Sequence record: NC_061448.1
Reading direction: 5' to 3' (one strand)
DNA: 64,000 nt
This document shows positions 34,465 to 43,741 of this stretch, piece after piece; within the stretch, counting starts at the first letter, position 1, and each line of letters opens with the position of its first letter. The translations under genes were made by a program, and so were the position numbers. The notes beneath the pieces are model-generated. The model was not told where the DNA came from and searched no databases. It saw nothing but the letters and a program-made list of their open reading frames with translations.

Positions 34465-37140
34465 TCACATGTAGCCCATAGTAATCATGTTCAGCATCGG
34501 GTCGTCCATGAAGATTGGAATCGAATCGAGTGAGTGTGCATTACTAGGACTAGAGCTGTTTGAACCTTTCGTGCTAGGGCGAGATACTGCACCGCCTTTA
34601 GGTTGATTAGCAGTCTGCGTCGGTGGAGGCGTAGGCGCAATCGGTTCAGGTACTTCTGTGCGAGCAATGTCACCCGGAGTTACGAGTGGCACACGCTCAA
34701 CAGGAGCTTCCGGCTGCACAACAGGTGTGATACGATTGGTATCTTGTGTCATCTCTTTAGGAAGAACATCCGTAGACGGCTTCTTCGTAAATGTCTCAGC
34801 AACGACTTCTTTGCGAACCTGTTTATCAAGTTCCTCAGAGAATGGCGTTCGACTATCAGCGACACCAGAACCGCCCGAAGCAGCGACAATGTCCTTAGAG
34901 GACTGACGCTCAGGAGAAGGTGATTGGTCTGTATTTACAGCTTTCTTCCTGTCGGCTTCTGCAACTTTGAGCAATACATCCTTCTCGTTCTGCGCTCGCG
35001 TAGCAACGGACTGTCGCGTTTGAGCATCAGAAGATTTGAAGTATTTGTCAGTCGTCGCGGCTTTGTAGTCCTGAATCGTCTTAATCAACTCTTCATCGGA
35101 CATGCCATTAACGTCTTTGCCTTGCAGTGCATTCGAGATAACGCTGGTGCCAGCACCGTATTGAACTGCGGTACTATACATCAGCTCCTTCACACCTGCA
35201 CCACGCTTCGTCAAGTCAACACCCACTTCGTTCTGCATCTTCGCAGCGAGAGGTGCGTAGTGAGTACGCGTGATATAGTCAGACTGCGCTTTATCGAAGT
35301 CAGCACCTTGTGACGATGCAACGTCTTTGTACACTGAGTTGAACTGTGCGGTTCCCGGAGCAAGACCACCGAAGCGCTGCAAGAACGGCTTACCTTCAGG
35401 GCTGTTCAGGAAGTTCATCATGCTGCCGTTGTTTGTAGCGAGCTGGTGCTTGCCATAAGACACGCCACCGTAGTCACCACGACCAGTAGACACAGTGCCA
35501 ACACCACGGCCGCCAGATTCGAACTGCTCAGACACAGCACCAAGACCGCCCTCAGCAATTGCTTTGTTAGCGATATCGGTTACTTGCTTGCTGTCATAGC
35601 GACGTGATGGTTGTGCTCGCATCGGACCTTGATACGTGCCACCGCCAGTACCGCCACCCATTCCCATCAGACCCATGAAGCTGAAAGGTGAGACAGTCGG
35701 GCTAGGGAACTTCGCTTTGTTCTCGTTCTCTGCGGTAGTGTCGTTGTACTCGTCCATCTTCTCTTTGCGGTCTTTCTCACCGTCAGCGAGCATCGTGTCT
35801 GTTTCATCAGTAATCTTATCAGCAACGTATTCACCGATAGAGTTACCGAAGTAGTCACCCAAGATGCCACCCAGCAAGCCACCAAGAGCAGCACCAGCAG
35901 CAGTGCCGACAACAGGAACGACTGAGCCTAACGTACCGCCAATCCACGCACCAGCAACAGCACCTGTAGTGCCACCAGCAGTACCGCCAATAGCGCCACC
36001 AGTTGCTTTCTTCTTCTCATGCGCTTTCTCTTGGTCAGTCATTGTTTCGTCTGCGTCGATGTGTTGCATATCGTTCGCAAGCGACAGACCATTACCAAGA
36101 GCAGGACCCACAACAGGAATCTTCTTCGCAGCGCCAGCAAGCAACAATGAAGCGCCAGCTACAGCAGCGTCTTGTACTTCTGACGGAGGCTTAGGTGCAT
36201 CACCCTTAGCAGCTTCTTCTGCGCGTTGTACTTCTGGTTGCTGTGCGACAGGTGCAGGTGCAACAGGCTGATTCTCTGGCATACCCGCGCCAGCGTTATC
36301 TGCGTTGTCCTGTTCGAACTTCTCTTGCGATCTGTTCTTTAACCACAGGCCACCAGCAGTCGCAGCAGCGATAGTACCTAAGCCTAACAGAGCACCCAGC
36401 TTGCCTCTCAGTCGCGGGAATCTGCGTCGAGGAAGGTTTCGTCCTGGCCCGCGACGTGATCCTGCACCACGACCGTAACGTCTGCCACGACGATTACGAC
36501 GACCGGTACGACGACGGCGATTATCATTGCCACTATCACCGAAATCAGGACCGCCATTATCATTTTCATCAGCGCCTCCATCGTCGTTAGCACTGCCTGT
36601 TCCCGGACCACCAGCACCAGGCTGATTGCCATGTGGGTCAGACTTCGCTTTGTTCTTGGCTTTGAACGCTTCTGACTTTTCCCAATCAAGCCATTCTTCG
36701 AGAGCTTTCTGCGTCTTCGTTGAGACTGCATTACCCTCTTTGATTGCCTTAACAATATCGTCACCAGACTTCTCACCTGCAATGAACAGGTCTTCGAGTG
36801 CCGATTCGACTTCACGGGGATTTGGTTGCTGCGCTACAGCACGAGGAGAAGCGGCAGGTGCATCGTTATCATTGACGTAACGCACACGCTGGTTGGCCAT
36901 CTTCTCGCGCATTGCTTTCGCTGCACGGTTCTTAGCGCGTGACCCAGGACCGACGAATACAACTTCATCGTCATACATCTCTGGGTCGTAATCGCGTTCG
37001 TAGTCCACTGACGGAGAATCGTTAGCGGCTTTACGTTTGCGTCGCGCTTTAGGCATACCGGCAACAGAAGGGCTAACGCTGTCTGCATGTTCGATCATAA
37101 GTTCGAGGGCAGACAACTCTTTCTCTTGTGGCTTAGCCAT
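34465..37140 (-). CDS. Tape-measure-like protein with VgrG3-like peptidoglycan hydrolase domain (891 aa)
   Basis: Gly/Ala-rich hydrophobic segments; LGAVSEQFESGG.G.GTVSTG.GDYGGVSYGKHQL...GSM..FL (about 34960..35545). Confidence 0.7.
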   Translation of the reverse strand: MAKPQEKELSALELMIEHADSVSPSVAGMPKARRKRKAANDSPSVDYERDYDPEMYDDEVVFVGPGSRAKNRAAKAMREKMANQRVRYVNDNDAPAASPRAVAQQPNPREVESALEDLFIAGEKSGDDIVKAIKEGNAVSTKTQKALEEWLDWEKSEAFKAKNKAKSDPHGNQPGAGGPGTGSANDDGGADENDNGGPDFGDSGNDNRRRRTGRRNRRGRRYGRGAGSRRGPGRNLPRRRFPRLRGKLGALLGLGTIAAATAGGLWLKNRSQEKFEQDNADNAGAGMPENQPVAPAPVAQQPEVQRAEEAAKGDAPKPPSEVQDAAVAGASLLLAGAAKKIPVVGPALGNGLSLANDMQHIDADETMTDQEKAHEKKKATGGAIGGTAGGTTGAVAGAWIGGTLGSVVPVVGTAAGAALGGLLGGILGDYFGNSIGEYVADKITDETDTMLADGEKDRKEKMDEYNDTTAENENKAKFPSPTVSPFSFMGLMGMGGGTGGGTYQGPMRAQPSRRYDSKQVTDIANKAIAEGGLGAVSEQFESGGRGVGTVSTGRGDYGGVSYGKHQLATNNGSMMNFLNSPEGKPFLQRFGGLAPGTAQFNSVYKDVASSQGADFDKAQSDYITRTHYAPLAAKMQNEVGVDLTKRGAGVKELMYSTAVQYGAGTSVISNALQGKDVNGMSDEELIKTIQDYKAATTDKYFKSSDAQTRQSVATRAQNEKDVLLKVAEADRKKAVNTDQSPSPERQSSKDIVAASGGSGVADSRTPFSEELDKQVRKEVVAETFTKKPSTDVLPKEMTQDTNRITPVVQPEAPVERVPLVTPGDIARTEVPEPIAPTPPPTQTANQPKGGAVSRPSTKGSNSSSPSNAHSLDSIPIFMDDPMLNMITMGYM

Positions 37141-37142
37141 TA

Positions 37143-37985
37143 TTAACCTCTTCGACCTTTCTGCGCCGCTTTAGCAAGCGCTCGCTGCTCTTCGGCTTTG
37201 TTCTTATCGTGAACGTAAGCACTATGCCAGTAAAGCAGTTTGTTGATCGTTATATCGTCCGGCACATAGATGTTCTTAGCCGACGCAAGGTCGAGCGTCA
37301 TGTTCATCATAGAGGTATCGGAGAACACACGGAAGTAACCGAGAATATCAATTGGACTTTTGTACGTGTACGTGCGGAAGCAACGGTTGCACTTATGCGT
37401 GGTCTCCAGTTCGCAACTCACGAACACGTAGTTGCTCGCTTCAAGCAACTCAACAGGGTCAGCATACTCAAGTGTTTGCTCAAGAGGAATATCGCTGTCG
37501 ATATACATCGCATTCATAACCTGAGTACGGTCTTCTGTCTCTGCCAGTAGCTCGGCATCAATCCAACGCTGAACAGTAGGATGGCGCAAGCCTTGTGGAA
37601 GGTCGCGCCATTTGTGCGTCACTATCTTTTGTCGCATAACCTCTTCGGTGTTGAGCAGGTTACATTCTACTTCTACGAATTTGCGACCTCTTGGCCTGTC
37701 GTAATAACGCTCTCCGCGCATATCAACGAAGAACGTTTGTGTGCAACGCCACTCGTAAAGACGGTGCGACTGCGGCCAACTATTTCTGTCGATCATCGCC
37801 AGCATATAACGGAAGTCTTCGAGGTACATATCTCGGACACGAACGTTAGTGAATCGCTGCAACGTATCAACAAAGAGTTCAGGCAGTTTGTGCTTCTGTG
37901 CGTTGTACAGACTCGACATTGCATCAGCAGTTATCTGCATGATACGAACGTCTGACCTGCCTGAGGGGAGATATATCTCTAACAT
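37143..37985 (-). CDS. Baseplate hub assembly chaperone, gp26-like (280 aa)
   Basis: LPS start, CxxC zinc ribbon (HKCNRC); immediately upstream of the tape measure gene. Confidence 0.6.
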   Translation of the reverse strand: MLEIYLPSGRSDVRIMQITADAMSSLYNAQKHKLPELFVDTLQRFTNVRVRDMYLEDFRYMLAMIDRNSWPQSHRLYEWRCTQTFFVDMRGERYYDRPRGRKFVEVECNLLNTEEVMRQKIVTHKWRDLPQGLRHPTVQRWIDAELLAETEDRTQVMNAMYIDSDIPLEQTLEYADPVELLEASNYVFVSCELETTHKCNRCFRTYTYKSPIDILGYFRVFSDTSMMNMTLDLASAKNIYVPDDITINKLLYWHSAYVHDKNKAEEQRALAKAAQKGRRG

Positions 37986-38668
37986 CAGTTAACGAAGATC
38001 GAAGGGTTGAGATCCCATGCGCGTGTACTGTGACGACCACAGCTCGGACACAGGAGTTCAATATCAGTCAGCAGACCATGACGCGATGCGCGTACCCACT
38101 CAGACAGTTCTAACCAGAGTGTCAGGTCAGCCTGTTCTTCAAGCAGTGCAACGTTAGCATCGAAGTTAGGTCCCATGTGCGCTACGTGCCAACTGAACAT
38201 ATCTTCCGACGAGCGCTCATAGTGACGCATACGGGGCAGGTCAAATCGTTCATGCTGTGCGTTAAGCATTGCCACGGTCATGGACGTTTCGTCAATCACA
38301 CCGATGTTGTTAGCAGCGCACGGGAACGTATTGATAACGCCACCGTCAGGACGCAGTTCATTAACGATACCATCGGAATATTCAAACAGCGGTTTATTGC
38401 AGCGCCAGTGTGTTCGCAGCGGCAGTACCGTGTTCATCCACATACGCTGTTGAAAGACGAGTGCGAACGCATCAGGTACAGTCAGTTCTTCGAGCGAGAT
38501 GTTCAGGCACGGAGCGAGAGCATCAAGCAGAATGTACTTCATATCCTTCGCATCAATTGCCTTAGCGATAGCGCGGTTCTCTTTACCTGCAAAACGACGC
38601 ATCTCGAAAACATCAGGCAGCTCTGCTTTGTAGCCACGCGAAGGTAAACTCGCTGTTTGAATTTCCAT
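37985..38668 (-). CDS. Baseplate hub assembly chaperone, gp26-like (227 aa)
   Basis: LPSRGY, EELTVPD...L....R, LLCPSCG ribbon. Confidence 0.7.
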   Translation of the reverse strand: MEIQTASLPSRGYKAELPDVFEMRRFAGKENRAIAKAIDAKDMKYILLDALAPCLNISLEELTVPDAFALVFQQRMWMNTVLPLRTHWRCNKPLFEYSDGIVNELRPDGGVINTFPCAANNIGVIDETSMTVAMLNAQHERFDLPRMRHYERSSEDMFSWHVAHMGPNFDANVALLEEQADLTLWLELSEWVRASRHGLLTDIELLCPSCGRHSTRAWDLNPSIFVN

Positions 38669-38678
38669 AGTTCTTATC

Positions 38679-39191
38679 TCACATCATTGGACGGGAAACA
38701 TCAAGAGCCATTTGCACAGACCACATAGCTCGCCCACCGGTACCGTTAAGCGTAATGCTTTGACCACCGATAGGCCAGCAGTTGCGTAGCTGTTGTTCGC
38801 CAACCATTTGCCCTTGGTTGTCGTATAGCTCAATGATAAGGTTTTTCTTATACACAGACGGCAATCTAAAACCACCAGTGTATGGGTTCTGAATCAAGTT
38901 CTGCCACGCAGTGAAATACTTCATCACTGCGAGCTTCTGGTCGATGCCAAACAGTAATGCGAATCCGTCAACGCTCGAACCATGCGGCCAGTTGATAGTA
39001 ACCGTAGCCACTTCTTTTGATTTCGATTGATAGACGGAGAATGGCAGGTCAACTTCTTCACACGCAAACGGGCTTAACGATACATTACCAATTACAGGAA
39101 AATCTCGCACACGCCACTTGTCTTGCATGAAGGGATCGTCAAGGCCAGGAGCAGAAGAATCATTCAGATCATCAAGCGTTGGCAGCGGCAT
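38679..39191 (-). CDS. Tail tube protein paralog, gp19-like (170 aa)
   Basis: DPFMQDKWRV...EEVDLP, YFTAWQNLI, IELYDNQG.....LRNCWP. Confidence 0.7.
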   Translation of the reverse strand: MPLPTLDDLNDSSAPGLDDPFMQDKWRVRDFPVIGNVSLSPFACEEVDLPFSVYQSKSKEVATVTINWPHGSSVDGFALLFGIDQKLAVMKYFTAWQNLIQNPYTGGFRLPSVYKKNLIIELYDNQGQMVGEQQLRNCWPIGGQSITLNGTGGRAMWSVQMALDVSRPMM

Positions 39192-39193
39192 GA

Positions 39194-39868
39194 TTAGTCC
39201 TCTACAATAACAAGCACAGGTCTAACTGCATCGTCGAACTTGAGGAACGTAGCACCAACCAGATAGCCACCATTCTCTACTTGCTTCACAACGGCTTTCT
39301 CATAGTCCGTTTCCCACTTCTCACGTTGATTAGGCTTGTAGCCCTCGAACGTTTCTGACGCATCGTAGTAGTTATACGTGCCGCCAGTTGGCATTGGGAT
39401 TCGAGCAAGGAACTCGATACGACCAGCGTTCTTAAACTTGGCCTTACGCAGTTCTTGAGTCAGCTTAGTGTTCTCAGCTTTCGAACCGGGAACAGCTTTG
39501 AATGGTTTCTTTGGTTGTGGTTCTTTAGGCGCAGCAGGGAGTTTCTCACGCGCTGGAGTGTTCTTGTCTGTCGCTTTCTTAATGCGAATGCCGGACACTG
39601 TACCAGTGAACGGACGACTGCGACCAAGCAACGAACGTGCTGTAGCAGCATCGACTTCAAACACTACTGACGGGTCATCCTTATGCAACACATAGAACTT
39701 GTTGCGCTTTGCAGCTTTGATACCGAAGACGTCTTTCTCCTCAATATCAGCTTCATGCTCCTTGTTCTCAATGCTTACCTTGCGCTTACCTTCGAAGCGA
39801 TACCAGTCACAGTCGAGTATCGAAGCAACAGGCAGCTTACGTGCGCTTTCGCTCAGTAGAATAAGCAT
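39194..39868 (-). CDS. Hypothetical protein (224 aa), probable head-internal protein
   Basis: Starts MLILLSESA; carries the shared W.(R/K)F.G...DVFGI domain. Confidence 0.7.
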   Translation of the reverse strand: MLILLSESARKLPVASILDCDWYRFEGKRKVSIENKEHEADIEEKDVFGIKAAKRNKFYVLHKDDPSVVFEVDAATARSLLGRSRPFTGTVSGIRIKKATDKNTPAREKLPAAPKEPQPKKPFKAVPGSKAENTKLTQELRKAKFKNAGRIEFLARIPMPTGGTYNYYDASETFEGYKPNQREKWETDYEKAVVKQVENGGYLVGATFLKFDDAVRPVLVIVED

Positions 39869-39883
39869 AGTCTCTCCAAAACG

Positions 39884-39912
39884 AAAAAGGGCCAGAACGA
39901 ATCTTGGCCCTT
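39884..39912 (-). terminator. Intrinsic terminator
   Basis: Minus strand AAGGGCCA-AGAUUCGUUC-UGGCCCUU-UUU after the major tube gene. Confidence 0.8.
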
Positions 39913-39919
39913 GTGTTTC

Positions 39920-40432
39920 TTACGATGCGAGTTCGGCGTAGTCGAAGGACCATTCGATTGATACCGGAACAGCCTGCGCAGCACCAGAGAACTGCAAGTC
40001 AGGAACCTGTTTCGGCCACACACCGTAGATGTTGTACTCAGCAACTACTGAACCGTCCATATCGAAGATACGGAAGATTGCTTTGGTCGCGTAGTCAGCT
40101 TTACGTGCGCCCAGCTGGGTTTGAGTAGCACGAACGAACTCATGCCATTCTTCCAGTTGTTTGTACACCGCCATTTCAGAGTTTTCGTTGTACTCTGTGG
40201 ACAGCGCGTGAGAGAAGATCTTACGACCAGCGTAGTTGAGCTGGTGGCCGAACGCTTCTTTCAGAACTTCTTCCAGAGTAGAACCTGGCTTAACGCCGGT
40301 CTTACAGAACAGACGCAGAGTACGCGCATAGTCTGTGCCACCAACAGGCGGGTTAGGAATCAGGAACTCGAAGTTGTCATCGAGTAACGGATCTTTCGTA
40401 GACGCAAATTCGTCAAGAGTTACCTTTGGCAT
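39920..40432 (-). CDS. Major tail tube protein, gp19-like (170 aa)
   Basis: Directly after the sheath gene; DPLLDDNFEF, LEEWHE, IFDMDG....YNIYGVWP. Confidence 0.85.
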   Translation of the reverse strand: MPKVTLDEFASTKDPLLDDNFEFLIPNPPVGGTDYARTLRLFCKTGVKPGSTLEEVLKEAFGHQLNYAGRKIFSHALSTEYNENSEMAVYKQLEEWHEFVRATQTQLGARKADYATKAIFRIFDMDGSVVAEYNIYGVWPKQVPDLQFSGAAQAVPVSIEWSFDYAELAS

Positions 40433-40443
40433 CTAAAAGCTCC

Positions 40444-42129
40444 TTAGAGTGCACCAGAGTTAATCAGTTGCAGCGCGTACTGGATATCCCCGACAGGCGG
40501 TACGATAGCAGTTACGTGAATGCGTTTAGTGTAGCGAGTAGGATCAAGGAACACGTCGATGATCAGATCGCCACGCGCTTCGTCTTCTGCGGTGTTGTTC
40601 TTGTAGTCACACTGGACTGCATACCAACGCAAACCACGACCGGTCTTAATCGGTTCGAGGATTGCTTCCATCGCAGACTTCTGGCGCTGTTTCAGAATGT
40701 CGTCATTCGGTTCGAAGACAGCACTCAGGTTGTTAGCGCGAGCAGAAGCATGAAGCATTGCCAGCAGACGACGGATGCCGATATCCTGCAGCGGGCTCTT
40801 AGTGGTGTACGTTGTATCAGCACCCCACATGAAGATACCTTCACCTTCGAATACAGCAATCGGGTTAATCTGGTTATCTACCAGAATGTCACGGTCGCCC
40901 TGCTTGAAGCGATAGCGCACGTCAGTAGCGAAGTCGAGCTTACCGCGTTGCAGACCGCCAGGTGCTAACCACGATGCTACTTGGTCAGCAGTCAACATGC
41001 AGTACGCCATACAGACAGACGCTGGCACGTAGTAGTCACGCGCATTGTCATTGTCACGGCTCTTAACGTCTGAGTTTGCAAGCGCAGACCAAGAACCGAT
41101 GATGGAGAACTCTGCTTGCTGATAAGGCTTGTTGCCACGACGATATGCAACAGAGCTATCACGCGCTTGCAGACTGACAGGCACACCGTGAGTAGCGATA
41201 CAGTCCATGCGGCTCTCAGCCAGTTCATCGATCTTGTTCGCAATCACAGGATGCTCAAGTCCACCGGAACACAGAATGCCAGCCTGAACATCTTCCCAGT
41301 CGCGGTAGTTATCCCACGCGCTGAGAACAGCAGACAGACTCTGGTTAGCGATAGTCGCGTCAGAATGGTCTACGTCGATAACAGCACCGTCGCTACCACC
41401 AGTGAACTGACCGTTCGGAGCAGTCGGGTTCGTCGGGTCAGCAGGGCCACCGCCGATGGAGTTGATGACCACATAGTTCGGGTCTTCCAGCAGCTTGTAG
41501 TGGTTCGCATTCAGCTTCACGCGAATGTACTTAGATGCAACGTTGATAACGTCTTCAATGAAGAACTGGTTACCCGCTTCGTCTTTCCAGTAGCGCGTTG
41601 TTACGGTGTGTGACTCAAGAGGAGTCAGGTAGCCGACACGATACACTTTGATGATGGACTTAATGCCCATAGCATCAGTCACGTCAGGTTCGAACGTGAT
41701 GTACATGTCGTTCGCCGCTGCATACTGAGACATTGCATACACGAGGCAAATATCGCGATCAGAGAAAGCAATTTGCTCAGGGTCTACAAGTCCAGCGTCA
41801 CCCAGAGGTCGGCAGGTGGCGAAGTTGTTATAAGTTGTGATATACACACCTGCGTATTTCACGGAGAGAGCGACACGCGTAATGTTCAGCTTGGTTGCTT
41901 TCGTCATCAGAAGTTTTGCGTTCTGGACGTTGTTAGCGTACTGCCCCGTTGCTGGACCAAAAATTGCGTCGATCTCATCCTTAGAGGTAACAGTTGTGTT
42001 AACACCCACAGGTCCGCGAGGGAACGGCAGCACCAGAGTACACATGCCATACTGCACAAGTGACGCTTGGTTGCTACGGTCATTCTCCTGCGAATAGACC
42101 CCCGGAGAGGGGTGATTAGGTTGTAACAT
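40444..42129 (-). CDS. Tail sheath protein (561 aa)
   Basis: HPSPGVYSQENDRS start; WLAPGG..RG, NQINPI....G..MWG..T, IGIRRL, FEPND. Confidence 0.95.
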   Translation of the reverse strand: MLQPNHPSPGVYSQENDRSNQASLVQYGMCTLVLPFPRGPVGVNTTVTSKDEIDAIFGPATGQYANNVQNAKLLMTKATKLNITRVALSVKYAGVYITTYNNFATCRPLGDAGLVDPEQIAFSDRDICLVYAMSQYAAANDMYITFEPDVTDAMGIKSIIKVYRVGYLTPLESHTVTTRYWKDEAGNQFFIEDVINVASKYIRVKLNANHYKLLEDPNYVVINSIGGGPADPTNPTAPNGQFTGGSDGAVIDVDHSDATIANQSLSAVLSAWDNYRDWEDVQAGILCSGGLEHPVIANKIDELAESRMDCIATHGVPVSLQARDSSVAYRRGNKPYQQAEFSIIGSWSALANSDVKSRDNDNARDYYVPASVCMAYCMLTADQVASWLAPGGLQRGKLDFATDVRYRFKQGDRDILVDNQINPIAVFEGEGIFMWGADTTYTTKSPLQDIGIRRLLAMLHASARANNLSAVFEPNDDILKQRQKSAMEAILEPIKTGRGLRWYAVQCDYKNNTAEDEARGDLIIDVFLDPTRYTKRIHVTAIVPPVGDIQYALQLINSGAL

Positions 42130-42171
42130 CGTGAATCTCCATAAGAATGGGCATCGTGTAACGACTGTATG

Positions 42172-42179
42172 AAATTAGC
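42172..42179 (-). promoter_or_regulatory. Candidate late promoter motif GCTAATTT
   Basis: Intergenic, 43 nt upstream of the sheath start. Confidence 0.65.
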
Positions 42180-42185
42180 GAGAAC

Positions 42186-42530
42186 TCAATAGCAAACCAG
42201 ATTAACTCGCTGATCCACGTCACTTACCAGAACGGATTGTGCCATCTTGCCTGTCAGGGTAAACTGCCCTTCGATAACCATTTGACCACCAGCGAACTGG
42301 AGAATGATTGGCTCTGCGGTATCAATGTACAGCAGCCCTTTAATCTCAGGCAGTGCATAGCCTTTAGGACCGACGATGATACTCTGCATCTGATACTCAC
42401 CGTCAAGGGGAATACCAACAGCGTGTGATTGTCGTTTGAGAATAGAGTTCTGGTTAGAAGTGACAGCGCGTACACGACTATCAATGACCAGAGTACGGTC
42501 GAGCTTACGATACTTCTCGCGTGTGTACAT
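42186..42530 (-). CDS. Hypothetical protein (114 aa)
   Basis: TAATG coupling with the upstream gene. Confidence 0.6.
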   Translation of the reverse strand: MYTREKYRKLDRTLVIDSRVRAVTSNQNSILKRQSHAVGIPLDGEYQMQSIIVGPKGYALPEIKGLLYIDTAEPIILQFAGGQMVIEGQFTLTGKMAQSVLVSDVDQRVNLVCY

Positions 42531-43219
42531 TAGTCTACTTCCTCCTCGTCTTGTTCAGCGGCGGCAGAGGCGCGTGGACCTAAGTCCATGTCGATTTCAA
42601 CGTTCTCGGTGATTTCACCGTAGTTGTTAATCTTAGCCTGCTCCATGTTGAAACCAATCTTCGAATGAATCGTGATTGGAATCTCCAGTTCGAAACTACC
42701 CGGCGTACTGCCGTCATCGAGGTCATCAATGTTTGGCATAGGCAGGGAGTCATCGAGTTTGACACGCGCAGTCCACTTAGCTGTAGGCATCTCAATAGAG
42801 AAGCTCATAAGGTCAGTGAGTCCTGCAATCATCGCTTGCTGTATGAATAACAGCGCTTGGTCGATGTTCATAAACTTAACGAACAACGAACCCGTAAGAG
42901 TGACAGGGAAGTAGTAGTTCGTCACGACGATAGCGTTCGTGTCGTCTTTGCCTAACGCCCAGCCACTACCATGACGTGCGATGTTCTTTACGTTGACAGA
43001 CTCGTCACGGTTGAATGCGATGTTAGGCAGTTTGAACCAACCGTACGGATAGTCAGTGCTTTGATTGTTCGTTGCACGAATACCCTGCTTAGGGTTGTTA
43101 TGCACAGACCAAACAAAACGCTTTAACCCGAATCCCTGACGGAACTGGCGTTGAAAGCCAAAGATAGTTGCTCGCAGCGAGGTACTGCTACTGAGCATAC
43201 CTGCAATGTTTGCACTCAT
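42530..43219 (-). CDS. Putative tail completion / neck protein (229 aa; start revised to MSANIAG)
   Basis: GGAG RBS before ATG 43219; the longer GTG start lies inside a terminator; position between head and sheath genes. Confidence 0.55.
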   Translation of the reverse strand: MSANIAGMLSSSTSLRATIFGFQRQFRQGFGLKRFVWSVHNNPKQGIRATNNQSTDYPYGWFKLPNIAFNRDESVNVKNIARHGSGWALGKDDTNAIVVTNYYFPVTLTGSLFVKFMNIDQALLFIQQAMIAGLTDLMSFSIEMPTAKWTARVKLDDSLPMPNIDDLDDGSTPGSFELEIPITIHSKIGFNMEQAKINNYGEITENVEIDMDLGPRASAAAEQDEEEVD

Positions 43220-43238
43220 TTGCGGTGCTCCAGATACG

Positions 43239-43267
43239 AAAAAGGGCAGCCTATTGGCCACCCTTTT
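43239..43267 (-). terminator. Intrinsic terminator ending the capsid operon
   Basis: Minus strand GGGUGGCC-AAUA-GGCUGCCC-UUUUU. Confidence 0.8.
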
Positions 43268-43286
43268 GGTTACCCGTAATCGGGTG

Positions 43287-43688
43287 TTAGTCGTCGAGTC
43301 GTAAACGAATCAATGTAGAAGGGGCAGATGATTCGGATTCAACTGAATCGTCTTCATCATTAAGCTCGTCTTCCAATTCGTCTTCGTCTTCAACTTCCTC
43401 GTCGGAGTTGAGACTAATAACTTCGTCGTCATACAACGACTGTTCTTCCTCGGCATTAAGCTCTAAAGCAGCAGACAACGCGGCGACGGATTCAGCCATA
43501 CCGGACGCGCTACTCACAGAGTTTACCAAGCAAGAAGCCTGGAAGTTATCAGCGAGTTCGCATTCGAGAAAGTCCTCAGTGTCTGGTGCAACAGCCGCTT
43601 GAGCAAGCAAGCGAGCAGCATCAGTCCACTGTCCGTCACGCGCTGCGACGATTGCCAGTGCAGCTAAGGAACCAGATAAAGTCTTCAT
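43287..43688 (-). CDS. Small acidic head-associated protein (133 aa)
   Basis: Follows MCP; E/D-rich tail ending VESESSAP. Confidence 0.65.
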   Translation of the reverse strand: MKTLSGSLAALAIVAARDGQWTDAARLLAQAAVAPDTEDFLECELADNFQASCLVNSVSSASGMAESVAALSAALELNAEEEQSLYDDEVISLNSDEEVEDEDELEDELNDEDDSVESESSAPSTLIRLRLDD

Positions 43689-43705
43689 GCTTGGTCCTCA
43701 GTAGT

Positions 43706-43728
43706 GAGGGCAGCACTAAGCTACCCTC
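43706..43728 (-). promoter_or_regulatory. Stable hairpin after the MCP stop (mRNA stabiliser or attenuator)
   Basis: Minus strand GAGGGUAGC-UUAGU-GCUGCCCUC, 9 bp, no U-tract. Confidence 0.45.
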
Positions 43729-43741
43729 GTTGCACAGTCAA

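Noticed and set aside
43220-43261. ORF-track GTG start of the 243-aa protein
   Set aside because: It lies inside an intrinsic terminator; the ATG at 43219 has a GGAG RBS.
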